Below, one piece after another: positions 10,190 through 20,000 of a DNA stretch of 20,000 nucleotides. A program made the position numbers and the translations under genes. Position 1 is the stretch's first letter; each line of letters opens with the position of its first letter. Origin of the DNA: Chiloscyllium plagiosum (Eukaryota); assembly GCF_004010195.1 (NCBI RefSeq), contig NC_057720.1, positions 37,048,425 through 37,068,424 of the forward strand, written 5' to 3'. The notes beneath the pieces are model-generated. The model had not been told where the DNA came from, did not search any database, and saw only the letters and a program-made list of their open reading frames with translations.

Positions 10190-11965
10190 AGATAATGTTA
10201 GATCTAAGAAAGAGGCATACAAATTATCCAGAAAAAAACAGATCCGAAGACTGGGAGCAATTTAGAATTCAGGAAAGAGGGACATTTTATAATGGGAAGC
10301 AAAGAAATGGTTGTCCAACTAAATACATCCTTTAGTTCTATGTTTACAAACCAGGACATAAATAACATAGCAAGAAATTTAGGGGAACAGGGTTCAGCAG
10401 GAGGGAGTTAGTGAAGGGAATCAGTAGTAGTAGGGAAATGGTGTTGGGAAATTCATGGAATTGAGGGCAGATAAATCCTCAGGCTTTGATAATCCAGTTC
10501 GTAAAGCACTTAAGTAAGTGGATGAGGTAGGGGTCATCTTCCTAGATTCCATAGACTTTGGAACAGTTCCTACAGACTAGATGGTAGCTAATCCACCTAT
10601 TTAAGAAATAAGGCAAAAAGAATACCAGGATAGATGGATGAGTCAGCCTAACATTGGTACTGGGGAAAATGCTAGAGTCAATTGTAAAAGAATTAATAGC
10701 TGAGCATTTGAAAAAACAGTGGCGGAATCAGACATAGATGGATTTGTGGAAGGGAAGTCATGCTTTACAAATCTACTATAATTCAAAGATAATTTTAACT
10801 AGTGGAGTAGATGAAGAGGAGCCAGTGGATGTGGTTTGTTTGGACTTTCAGAAGGCTTTTCATAAAGTTTCTTGTAAGAAATTAGTGTGTAAAACTAAAG
10901 CAAATAAGATTGGTTCTGGTGTATTGAGATGGATAGAAACTGGTTGGTAGACATGGCAGGCAGTGGGGAGTGGGATACTATAGGGATCAGTGCGATAATC
11001 TCAGATAATGACAATATATATCAATGATTTGGAGGAAGGAGCTAATTGTAATATCTTCAAATTTGCAGATGACACAAAACTGGATGGGAGGGTGAGCTGT
11101 AGGGAAGGTACAGAGAGGCTTGAGTTCAATTTGGAAAAGCTGAGTGGGAGTGGGCAAACGCATGGCAAATAAAGTGAATAGATATAAGATTATCCATTTG
11201 GTTGCACAACCAGGAAGGAGGATAATTATTTAAATAGCTATAAATTGAGGGTGGAGAATGTGCAGTGATATGCAGGTATCCTCATACACCAATCGCTAAA
11301 GGTAAGCATACAGGTGCAATAGGCAGTCGGGAAGTCAAATGTCATATTGGCCTTCATAACAAGAAGATTCACATACAGGAACATGGATTTTTTTTGCAGT
11401 TATATAGGGCATTGTTGAGGCAATATTGGAATATTATGTGCAGTTTTGGTCTCCTTATCCAAGGATTGATGTTCTTCCTATAGAGGGAGTGCAGTGAAGA
11501 TTTACCAAACAGATTCCTGGATGGCAAGACTGATGTATGAGGAGAGATTGACTCGGTTAGGATTTTATTCACAGGAGTTCAGAAGAATGAGGTGGGTTCA
11601 CATTGAAACCTATAAAATTCTAACAAGGCGAGAGAGGGTAGATGTAGGAAGGATGTTCCCAATGGCAGGGGAGTCCAAAACCAGGGATCACAGTCTAAGG
11701 ATATGAGGTAAACCATTTAGAACTGAGATGAGTAATTTCTTCATCCAGAGCATGGTGAGCCTCTGGACTTTGCTACTTCAGAAAGCAGTCAAAGGCAAAA
11801 CATTGTATAATTTCAAGAAGGAGGTGGATATAACATTTGGAGCTAAAGGGGTCAAAGGAAAGGGGGGAAAAGCAGGAACAGGATACTGAGTCAGATGATC
11901 AGCCTTGATCATAATGAATTCAAACAGCCAAATGTCCTATGCCTGCTCCTATTTTCTACATTTCA
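10190..11965 (+). mobile_element. Old CR1 LINE, 5'-truncated ORF2 (RT) with internal deletions
   Basis: Peptides EDWEQFRIQ, VDEEEPVDVVCLDFQKAFHKV, KFADDTKL (aaatttgcagatgacacaaaactg) and YEERLTRLGFYSQEFRRMR. 3' end gcctgctcctattttcta. Confidence 0.9.
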
Positions 11966-12897
11966 ATGAAACAGAAGAAGAAAGATGCTCCTGGTGAGAT
12001 TTCCAGAAGCATAGTAAATTGCACTTTTGAAGAGAGTTTTAGTGGAGGAGACAGGGATGGTGTCACCGAGAGGGCAGCTTGTGTGCCACCCCATACGAAT
12101 CCATGAACAAACTGCACATATTTACCTTATACTGGTATTGTGCGGTCCTCATTTACAAGATTTATGGATGACATTAGAAACATATATTCCTGTCAGCAAT
12201 CCTGTCCAAGTTGCCCGACAGCAGTACGGCCAGGCATATGCATGTATCAAAAAGCGGAAAGGTTACCTGACAGCTCTGTGTGTCACCTTGGTAAAGTTGC
12301 ATTCATTTAAAAGTTAGCTCTTGTTGGCTTTGATGCTAATGTCAAATAACATTGTCGGCAAATTATGGTGACTCTTACTTTTGCAGTTTTCCTTCATTCA
12401 TAAAGATTCTGTTGCAGTCTGTTTCTGTGAATGTGGGACTCTGCATTTAATCTTTCCCCCACTTACAGCCAGCATGTTTTACACTTGACAGTGCACCTCT
12501 GAAAGTAAAATCCCCAGAAAAGCATCCTCAAGAAGAATTGTTTGCTTTGGTTCCTTCTTCTTTCCATATTCAACTGATAGCAACTGCATTTCACATTTCT
12601 TGTGTGTGCAGCTGTGCTTTGATTACATTCAGCAGCGCTTTAAGAGTGGCCGACTTTCCCTACGTCCTGCAGTCATAAACAATGTGCTCCCTGTGTATTA
12701 ACCAATATGTGCAGGAAATGTATGATCATCATTAAAATTAGCAGACCTGGCAAAACCATGCCAGGTCAGCTCTCTGTTGTGGTTGCACGCTGTGCATGTG
12801 ATGAGTTCCAGTCCTGCTGCACTGTAATCAAACTACATAATCAGTTCAGCTTTAATGAGGATTTAATGAGGAACACTAGTCTCAACCAGATAGAAAT

Positions 12898-13325
12898 TAT
12901 TTGAATTTCTATAGCACTTTTCAAAACCTAACATGTCTCAAAATGTTTCACAGCTAATGAAGAACTGTAGAAATGCAGCCACAGTTTTGCTGTAAGAAAC
13001 ACAACAGCCAATTTACAGAGTAACTTTTCACAAACAGCTATTAGATTATTTGCTTTGTGTGTTGCCTGACTGATGATGTTTGGCTATAGGACATTGGGAG
13101 CCCCCTTGCTTTTCTTAGAACATTGCTATTTGATCTTTTAAGTCTATCTGAGAGGGCAGATAGTGTTTCAATTTATATCTCATCCAAAACATGGCACCTC
13201 CAACAGTCCAAGACCCATCCTGCGCTGCATTCAAGTGTCAGCCTCCATTATAGGCTCTAGCTTTTGGAGTGGAACTTGAACCTTCTGACCCAGAGAAAGA
13301 AGTGTTCCCACAGAGCTACAGCTGA
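12898..13325 (-). mobile_element. Deu-domain SINE (SacSINE1/DeuSINE-like), degenerate
   Basis: Minus strand: tRNA-like head (..ggtcagaaggttcaagttccactcca), Deu-like core ggaggtgccatgttttggatgagat...tctgccctctcagatagacttaaaagatc, and L2-like tail gaaaagtgctatagaaattcaaat. Confidence 0.75.
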
Positions 13326-13479
13326 TATAATGAAAATATTGTAGATTTTTGTTATTGGAAATATATAATGACTTCAGTGTTTTAGTGCTTTTTTAATCAC
13401 TTTAAACCTGGTGAGAAAAAAAGTAGGCAAGAAAAGCCTCAAGAAAACTCGAGTTAAAATAAATAGTGACAAAATAAAT

Positions 13480-13890
13480 AGTGCCTGGAAGAATATGCAG
13501 CAATGCCACAGGACCCTCTGTTCTCCACCAGGTTAAGTGCCAAATCTTAACACTGCTCCCTCATATATTCTATCTACTGCACCCACCACCGGCCAAGCGT
13601 CACTCTGTCTGTTGCATGTAGCATCTTCCCTCACATGCTCTCACCCACCAACGCCTCCAGAGTACTCATCTGGCATGGTGTCTGCACTACCTACTCACTC
13701 ACCCAGGGCAGCTCACTACGTTTCCCCACTTACACCAGAACAAACAGCTGTCCCAGCCACTTCCATCTCACTCAAATTCCTCACTTTATGTCATTCTAAG
13801 AGAAAACAGCTCACAGTAGGGCAGGAAGACTCAGCAACGAGGGTACATTCCTACAAGGAGAGGACCTCACCTTGAATGCCCTATGTGGTT
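13480..13890 (+). mobile_element. Possible decayed Harbinger-type Myb/SANT (trihelix) gene fragment with intron
   Basis: caatgccacagg..ccaccaggttaagt (donor-like), then a C-rich intron-like tract, then gagaaaacagctcacagtagg (EKTAHSR, cf. recalled EKxAHNRRE). Weak pattern recognition only. Confidence 0.3.
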
Positions 13891-14364
13891 GACAGACTGT
13901 GCCCATGCTTTGGACTGATATTGGCTAAAACCCTTGACTGACTGTATGGGAGTCCCTGACTGAAATGTGGGCCACTGCTTCATGTTGTGGGTTTGACATT
14001 GAGGGAGGATGGCTTCATATAGCAAACTGACCATCCCTTAACTGATGACTACTGACAACCATGACCATCTGCTTAGCTTTCTGTCTGCACCGAACTGCAA
14101 GGCAAGGCAGAACTACTGTGAGCTTTTAAGCTCTGGCTGAGGGGGAAAAGTACAAAAAGGCAAGGCAAAGCAGCAATGTTGTGGGCATCCAGCTAAAATG
14201 AGTCAGTGAGTGAGGAGCGCTGCAATGCTCTCTGTAAGGTGGATGGCTTTCACGGCACAAAAAATGTTCTGCAGTACCATTGCACTGAAAAGTGCTGGTA
14301 TGCTCTAAAGTGCAATATTGAAGTATAGAACCATACTGTAATAGATTAGAGATGTGCCTTGGTG

Positions 14365-14724
14365 GCTAGCACAGGAGCTCAGTGGTTAACATTGCTGCCT
14401 ATCAACACCATGGACCTAGGTTCGATTCCACCGTCGGATGCATGTCTCTGTGGAGTTAGCACATTCTCCCCATGTTTGCCTGGGTTTCCTCCAGATATTC
14501 CAGTTTCCTCCCATAGTCCAAAGATTTGCACGTTAGGTAGGTTGGCCATGTTAAATTGCCCATAGTATCCAGGAATGTGCTGACCACGTGGAGTAATAAT
14601 GGGAAGTGCAGGATTACAGGGATAGAGTAGTGGGGTGAGTCTGAATGGACCGTTCAGAGGGTTGGTGTGAACTCAGGGGGCAGAATGGCCTGCTTTCACT
14701 CTGGAGGTATTCTATGATTCTATG
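14365..14724 (+). mobile_element. tRNA-derived SINE, HE1/V-SINE family (long variant)
   Basis: gctcagtggtt A box, ggttcgattcc B box, V-domain as at 7676-7974, tail ttctatgattctatg. Confidence 0.9.
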
Positions 14725-14837
14725 GTGCTATGGTGAGGCAGGTACATATTGGAATCCAACATTCATTGACATGGATACATGTAGCTTCTGCCCATGGAAT
14801 AGACCCAAAGATGTTTAAACTTTCTATGTTTAAACTC

Positions 14838-17800
14838 TGGGGGTTTTAAACTAATGCAGCATGGGGATGGCAACCTGAATTGTAGTTCCAGCGTACTGGA
14901 AGTTGAGGGTAGTGAGGTCAGGGATAGGTTTACAACATCACGAGAGGGTACAGGCAATCAGGATGTTGGATGAACTGTGTATACTTCAATGCTAGGAGCA
15001 TCCAGAATAAAGTGGGTGAATTTGCTGCATGGGTTGGTACCTGGGTTTTCAATGTTGTGGCCATTTTAGAGACGTGGCTAGAGGAGGGACAGGAATGGTT
15101 GTTGCAGATTCCGGGATTTAGATGTTTCAGTAAGAACAGAGAAAATAGTAAAAGGTTGGTTGGGGATGCGGGGGGTGGGGGGGGGGGGGCATTGTTAATG
15201 AACAGTAATATTACAGCAGCTGAGATAACATTTGAGGACTCATCCATTGAGGTAGTTTGGGTTGAGGTAAAAAACAGGAAAGGTGAGATCATCCTGTTTG
15301 GGGTTTTCTATCAGCCTCTGAATTGTTCCAGGGATGTAGAGGAAAGGATAGCAAAGATAATTCTCGATAGGAGCAAGAGTAACAGGGTAAATGTTATAGG
15401 GGACTTTAACTTCCCCAAAATTGATTGGGAATACTATAGTTCAGGTAATTTAGATGGTTCAGTTTTTGTTCAATGCATGCAGGAGGGTTTTCTGACACAG
15501 TATGTAGACAGGCCAACAAGGGGTGATACCATATTGGATTTGGTGCTGGGGAATCAACCTGGCCGGGGGTTAGATTTGGAGGTAGGTGAGCACTTTGGTA
15601 ATAGTGATCACAATTCGGCTATGTTTACAATAGCAATAGGCAGGGATAGGTATATACTGCAGGGAAAGAGGTGTAACTGGGGAAAAAGGCAATTAAGATG
15701 TGATTAGGCAAGATTTAGGATGCATAGGATGGGGAAGGAAACTGCAAGGGATGGACACACTTGAAATATGGAGCTTATTCAAGGAACAGCTATTGCGAGT
15801 CTTTGATAATTATATACCTATCAGGCAGGGAGGTAGTTGTCGAGAGAGGGAGCCATGGTTTACTAAAGAAGTTGAAGCACTTGTCAAGAGAAAGAAGAAG
15901 GCTTATGTGAGGATGAGGCATGAGGCTCAGTTAGGGGGCTTGAAGGTCATAAGTTAGCAAGAAAAGAACTAAAGAGAGGGCTAAGAAGAGCCAGGAGGGG
16001 ACATGAGAAATCATTGGCAGATAGGATCAAGGAAAACCCTAAGGTCTTCTATAGGTATATCAGGAATAAAAGAATGACTAGAGTAAGATCAGGAGCAATC
16101 AAAGGTAGTAGTGGAAAGTTGTATATGGAATCTGAGGACATAGAGGAAGCGCCTAATGGATACTTTTCATCAGTTTTCACATTGGAAAAGTGCAATGTTG
16201 ATGAGAATATGGAGATACAGGCTACAAAATTAGATGGGATTGCAGATGACAAAGAGGAGGTTTTAGCAATTTTGGAAGATCTTAAAATAGATAAGACCCC
16301 TGGGCCAGATGGGATTTATCCTTGGATTCTCTGTAAGCTAGGGAGGAGATTGCAGAGTTTTTGGCTTAGATCTTTATGTCATCATTGTCGACAGGAGTAG
16401 TGCCAGAAGGCTGGAGGATAGTGAATGTTGTTCCCTTGTTTAAGAAGGGGAGTCGGGACAACCCTGGTAATTATAGGCCAGTGAACTTTACTTTGGTTGT
16501 GGGTAAGATGTTGGAAAAGCCTATAAGAGATCGGATTTATAATAATCTAGAAAGGAATAATTTGATTAGGAATAGTTAGCATGGTTTTGTAAAGGGTAGG
16601 TCATGCCTAACTAACCTTATTGAGTTCTTCAAGAAGGTGACAAAACCAGTGGATGAAGGTAAAGCAGTTAATGTGGTGTATATGGATTTCAGTAGGGCGT
16701 TTGATTAGGTTCCACACATTAGGCTATTGCACAAAATATAGAGTTTCGGGATTGAAGGCGATTTAGCGGCTTGGATCAGAAATTGGCTAGCTGAAAGAAG
16801 ACAGAGGGTGGTGGTTGATGGGAAATGTTCATCCTGGAGCTCAGTTACCAGTGGTGCGTCGCAAGGATCTGTTTTGGGGCCACTGCTGTTTGTCATTTTT
16901 CTACAAAATATAGAGTTTCGGGATTGAAGGCGATTTAGCGGCTTGGATCAGAAATTGGCTAGCTGAAAGAAGACAGAGGGTGGTTTGATGGGAAATGTTC
17001 ATCCTGGAGCTCAGTTACCAGTGGTGCATCGCAAGGATCTGTTTTGGGGCCACTGCTGTTTGTCATTTTTCTAAATGGTCTGGATGTGGGCATAGAAGGA
17101 TGAGTTAGTAAATTTGCGAATGACACTAAGGTAGGCAGAGTTGTGGGTAGTGCCAAAGGATATTTTGGGTTACAGAGGGACATAGATAAGATGCAGAGCT
17201 GGCAAATGGCGTTTAATGTGGAGAAGTGTGAGGTAGTTCGCTTCGGAAGAAGTAACAAGAATGCAGAGTACTGGGCTAATGGTAAAATTCTTGACAGTGT
17301 AGATGAACAGAGAGATCTTGGTGTCCAGGTGCACAAATCCCTGTGTGTTGTCACCCAGGTTGATAGGGTTGTTAAGAAGGCATAGGGTGTATTGGCATTT
17401 TTTGGTAGGGGGTTTGAGTTTTGGAGTCATGTGGTCATGCTTCAGTTTTACAACACTCTAGTATGGCTGCACCTGGGGTATTGCGTTCAATTCTAGTCAC
17501 CATATTATAGGAAGGATGTGGAAGCTTTGGAAAGGGTTCAGAGGAGATTTACTAGGATGTTGTTTGGTATGGAGGGAAGGTCTTATGAGGAAAGGCTGAG
17601 GGAACTGAGGCTGTTTTCATTAGAGAGAAGAAGGTTAAGAGGTGACTTAATCGAAACATATAAGATAACCAGAAGGTTCAATAAGGTGGACAGTGAGAGC
17701 TTTTTTCCTCAGATGATGAAGGCTAACACAAGGGGACATATCTTTAAATTGAAGGGTCATAGATTTAGGACAGACATTAGGCATAATTTCTTTACTCAGA

Positions 17801-18006
17801 TAGTAGTAGGGACATGGAATGGCCTGCCTGCAACAGTAGTAGACTCACCAACATTAAGGGCATTTAAATGGGCATTGGACACATATCTGGATAATAATGG
17901 AACAGTGTAGATTAGATGAACATCAGATTAATTTTACAGGTCAGCGTAACGTTGAGGGCTGAAGGGCCTGTAGTGTGCTGTAACATTTTAAGTTCTATGT
18001 TCTATG
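14838..18006 (+). mobile_element. CR1 LINE with near full-length ORF2 (APE + RT), inactivated by stops and frameshifts
   Basis: APE motifs NCVYFNARSIQNK, LETWL, GDFNFP, LDLVL, SDH. RT-region motifs PGPDGI, PLFKKG..PGNYRPV, QGSVLGPLLF, FANDTK. C-terminus LERVQRRFTRM..WNGLP. Tail (ttctatg)x2 at 17993-18006. Confidence 0.95.
16731..17072 (+). repeat. Tandem duplication inside the CR1 RT (172 bp + 170 bp)
   Basis: acaaaatatagagtttcggg...tttgtcatttttct at 16731-16902 and again at 16903-17072. Copies differ at ggtggtggttg vs ggtggtttg and gcgtcg vs gcatcg. Confidence 0.95.
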
Positions 18007-18889
18007 TTGTTGCTGAGTGTCCAAGATGGAGATCCTGTAGTGCAAGCTGAGTCAACAGGTACCGGATCAGACTTTCATGCTGGGAATTCTTAGTGTCTAG
18101 ATTCTAAAATGCAATTGGGAGAATGGGATATATTAATGAGACAAAATTAAGAAACAATGAGGGTGATAAGTGATAACCTCTGTTGATAGGCATTTCATCA
18201 CTCACCAGCAACAGTGCTCTCTCAATGTTCAGGATTTGATTAGAAATGTTGGAAAAGAAGAACCTTGCTTCACATCTCACCTGGTTTTCTTAAATTTCTC
18301 ACCATAGCCAACATAGATTAGGGCCTGAGAAGATTCTATCCATAGTTTATACAATTTCATGATCTGGGAACATACCTGTTTCTTTGATATATCTTCAGAT
18401 ATTCCAGCTCTACATTACTAATGTATGGTATTGTTTGAAATCACAATTTGTTATAATGTTTGGATCAGGACTAGGTTTTCCAGCTTTCCCTCAGTAGATT
18501 TATCAATTGACTTGGAATGGGTGGGATGGGCAGTGGACTTGAAATGTACTCTATTGTCTCATTAAGGCCTTTTTAACACTATTTTGATTTCTCAGCACTA
18601 CTTGAAGGATCACACATACCAGTCTGAATGCGTCTATGTGAGTTGCATTTTTAACATTCACAATTACATTAAAATAAGGAAGCTATGTCATCTCTGTCAA
18701 TTACGTTAATGCCTGAAATGTCCATTGAGGTATAGTGTCAGTGTTGTTGTTAAGACCATCATTTTGATTGGACGCATTCCTTGAGGGATCATCACATGAC
18801 CTCTTGCCTCCAATTCTTCCACCTCCATGTTGCCACGATTGTTGCTCAACTAAACTGTACTTTTATTCAAAATAATAATAAATTATCAT

Positions 18890-19195
18890 GGGACAGTGGC
18901 TCAGTGGTTAGCAATGGGTTTGATTCCAGTTTTGGGTGACATTCTGTGTGGAATTTGCACAAAGTACGTTTTCATCGAGTGCTCTAGTTTCTTACCACAG
19001 TCCAAAGATGTGCAGGTTAGATGGATTGGCCACAATAAGATTTCCCCATAGTATCCAAGGATGTGCAGCTTAGGTGGATTAGTCAGGGTAAATACGGGGT
19101 TAGGGTAGTGGGGGCTGGTCTGTAAGAGGTGATTTTTGGAGTGTCAGTGCAGACTTGATGGGCTGAATGGCCTCTTTCTGCACAGTAGGGATTAT
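18890..19195 (+). mobile_element. HE1/V-SINE copy with a deletion in the tRNA head
   Basis: gtggctcagtggttagca is joined almost directly to gggtttgattcc. V-domain and tail gggctgaatggcctc..ctgcacagtagggat follow. Confidence 0.85.
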
Positions 19196-19429
19196 ATTCA
19201 TTGAAATTGTAGTTCTCCAAGATTTTTAATTGTGATAAATGATTTTTCTGCTGGATTATGTAGAGAAGTGTAAGAGTGAATACTCTTTGTGACAAGTGGT
19301 TTGTGATTCATATATATTTTAATGCCATTTATTTTTTGAGTTTGGATTTTTAACTTTTAATTAGACTTTCGTGTGTGTCTGAAGGGGTCTAATGATTGCC
19401 TTGTAAGTATCTCTGTAGACATGATGATT

Positions 19430-19600
19430 TCTCAGTGTTAGTAAAAGACTGTAGAGAGACAAATAGAATAAACATTTCAAATTCAGTGACCCTTCATTCT
19501 GAGAAATATTCATTCTATTTTTCTCTCTACAGATACTGCCAGACTTGCTGAGTTTCTGTGGTACTTCCTGTCTTAATTTAGATTTTCAGCATCTGCAATT
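19430..19600. mobile_element. Old, degenerate Penelope-derived palindromic element
   Basis: Loose arms ctgtagagagac..atagaat / attctattt..tctctctacag. Eroded hammerhead-like centre (minus strand gaatgaagggtcactgaatttgaaatgtt). Tail cagcatctgca matches the reverse complement of tgcagatgctg at 9852-9862. Confidence 0.55.
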
Positions 19601-19870
19601 TTTGAAGCTTATTGGAGAGAATGACTTCCAGAAAAATAATGAGTTTTTTATTTACACTGGGATAATTTTTCCAGCAAATAGAGTGAACAGTTACTCATTC
19701 AGCTCCACTTTGTGAGGTCAGGGATTGATTTTTTTTCTTTTCAATAGGGGAATTGCTTGGAGAAAAGCCATTTTAAAAAAATCTTTGCTTAGTTATGCGG
19801 GGCTCTTAGCTAAGGTTGGATCTATAAAGCAGTTGTTCCTGAGAAAGGAGAACATTGTTTAGAACTGTTA

Positions 19871-20000
19871 AGGTGAGCACTTTGGGGACAGTGACCACAA
19901 TTCGGTGACTTTTACTCTAGTGATGGAGAGGGATAAGTGGGCACTGCAGGGCAAGAGTTATAGCTGGGGGCAGGGAAATTATGATGCGGTGAGGCACGAC
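19871..20000 (+). mobile_element. Start of a 5'-truncated CR1 ORF2 copy, running off the window end
   Basis: GEHFGDSDHNSVTFTLVMERDK..QGKSYSWGQGNYDAVRHD is open and homologous to 15584-15715. Confidence 0.9.

Noticed and set aside
12027..12317. 96-aa ORF as a coding exon
   Set aside because: No recognisable protein similarity. Candidate minus-strand exons between nearby splice-like sites contain stops in all frames.
14970..17910. Active LINE or domesticated RT gene
   Set aside because: ORF2 is broken into many pieces by stops and frameshifts, and the catalytic FADD motif reads FAND.
1..20000. CRISPR array, operon or other prokaryotic system
   Set aside because: No regularly spaced repeats or gene-dense coding. 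The palindromes and repeats are explained by vertebrate retroelements.

Overview
Repeat-dense eukaryotic DNA with no host protein-coding exon that I can support. The repeat families indicate a cartilaginous fish, probably a shark (inference). It contains: several CR1 LINE copies, including a near full-length but frameshifted ORF2 at ~14838-18006 with an internal 172-bp tandem duplication; a decayed RTE LINE interrupted by a CR1; L2 fragments; a decayed Ty3/Gypsy protease region; three HE1/V-SINEs; and one Deu-domain SINE. The most notable features are four Penelope-like (PLE) inverted-repeat insertions. Three show recognisable minimal hammerhead ribozyme cores, a 32-37 nt unpaired tail and flanking target-site duplications. 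A repeat-free island at ~12000-12880 has homeodomain/TALE motifs and may be an enhancer. Family assignments come from recalled motif patterns, not database searches. I see no clear evidence of a wholly new system.
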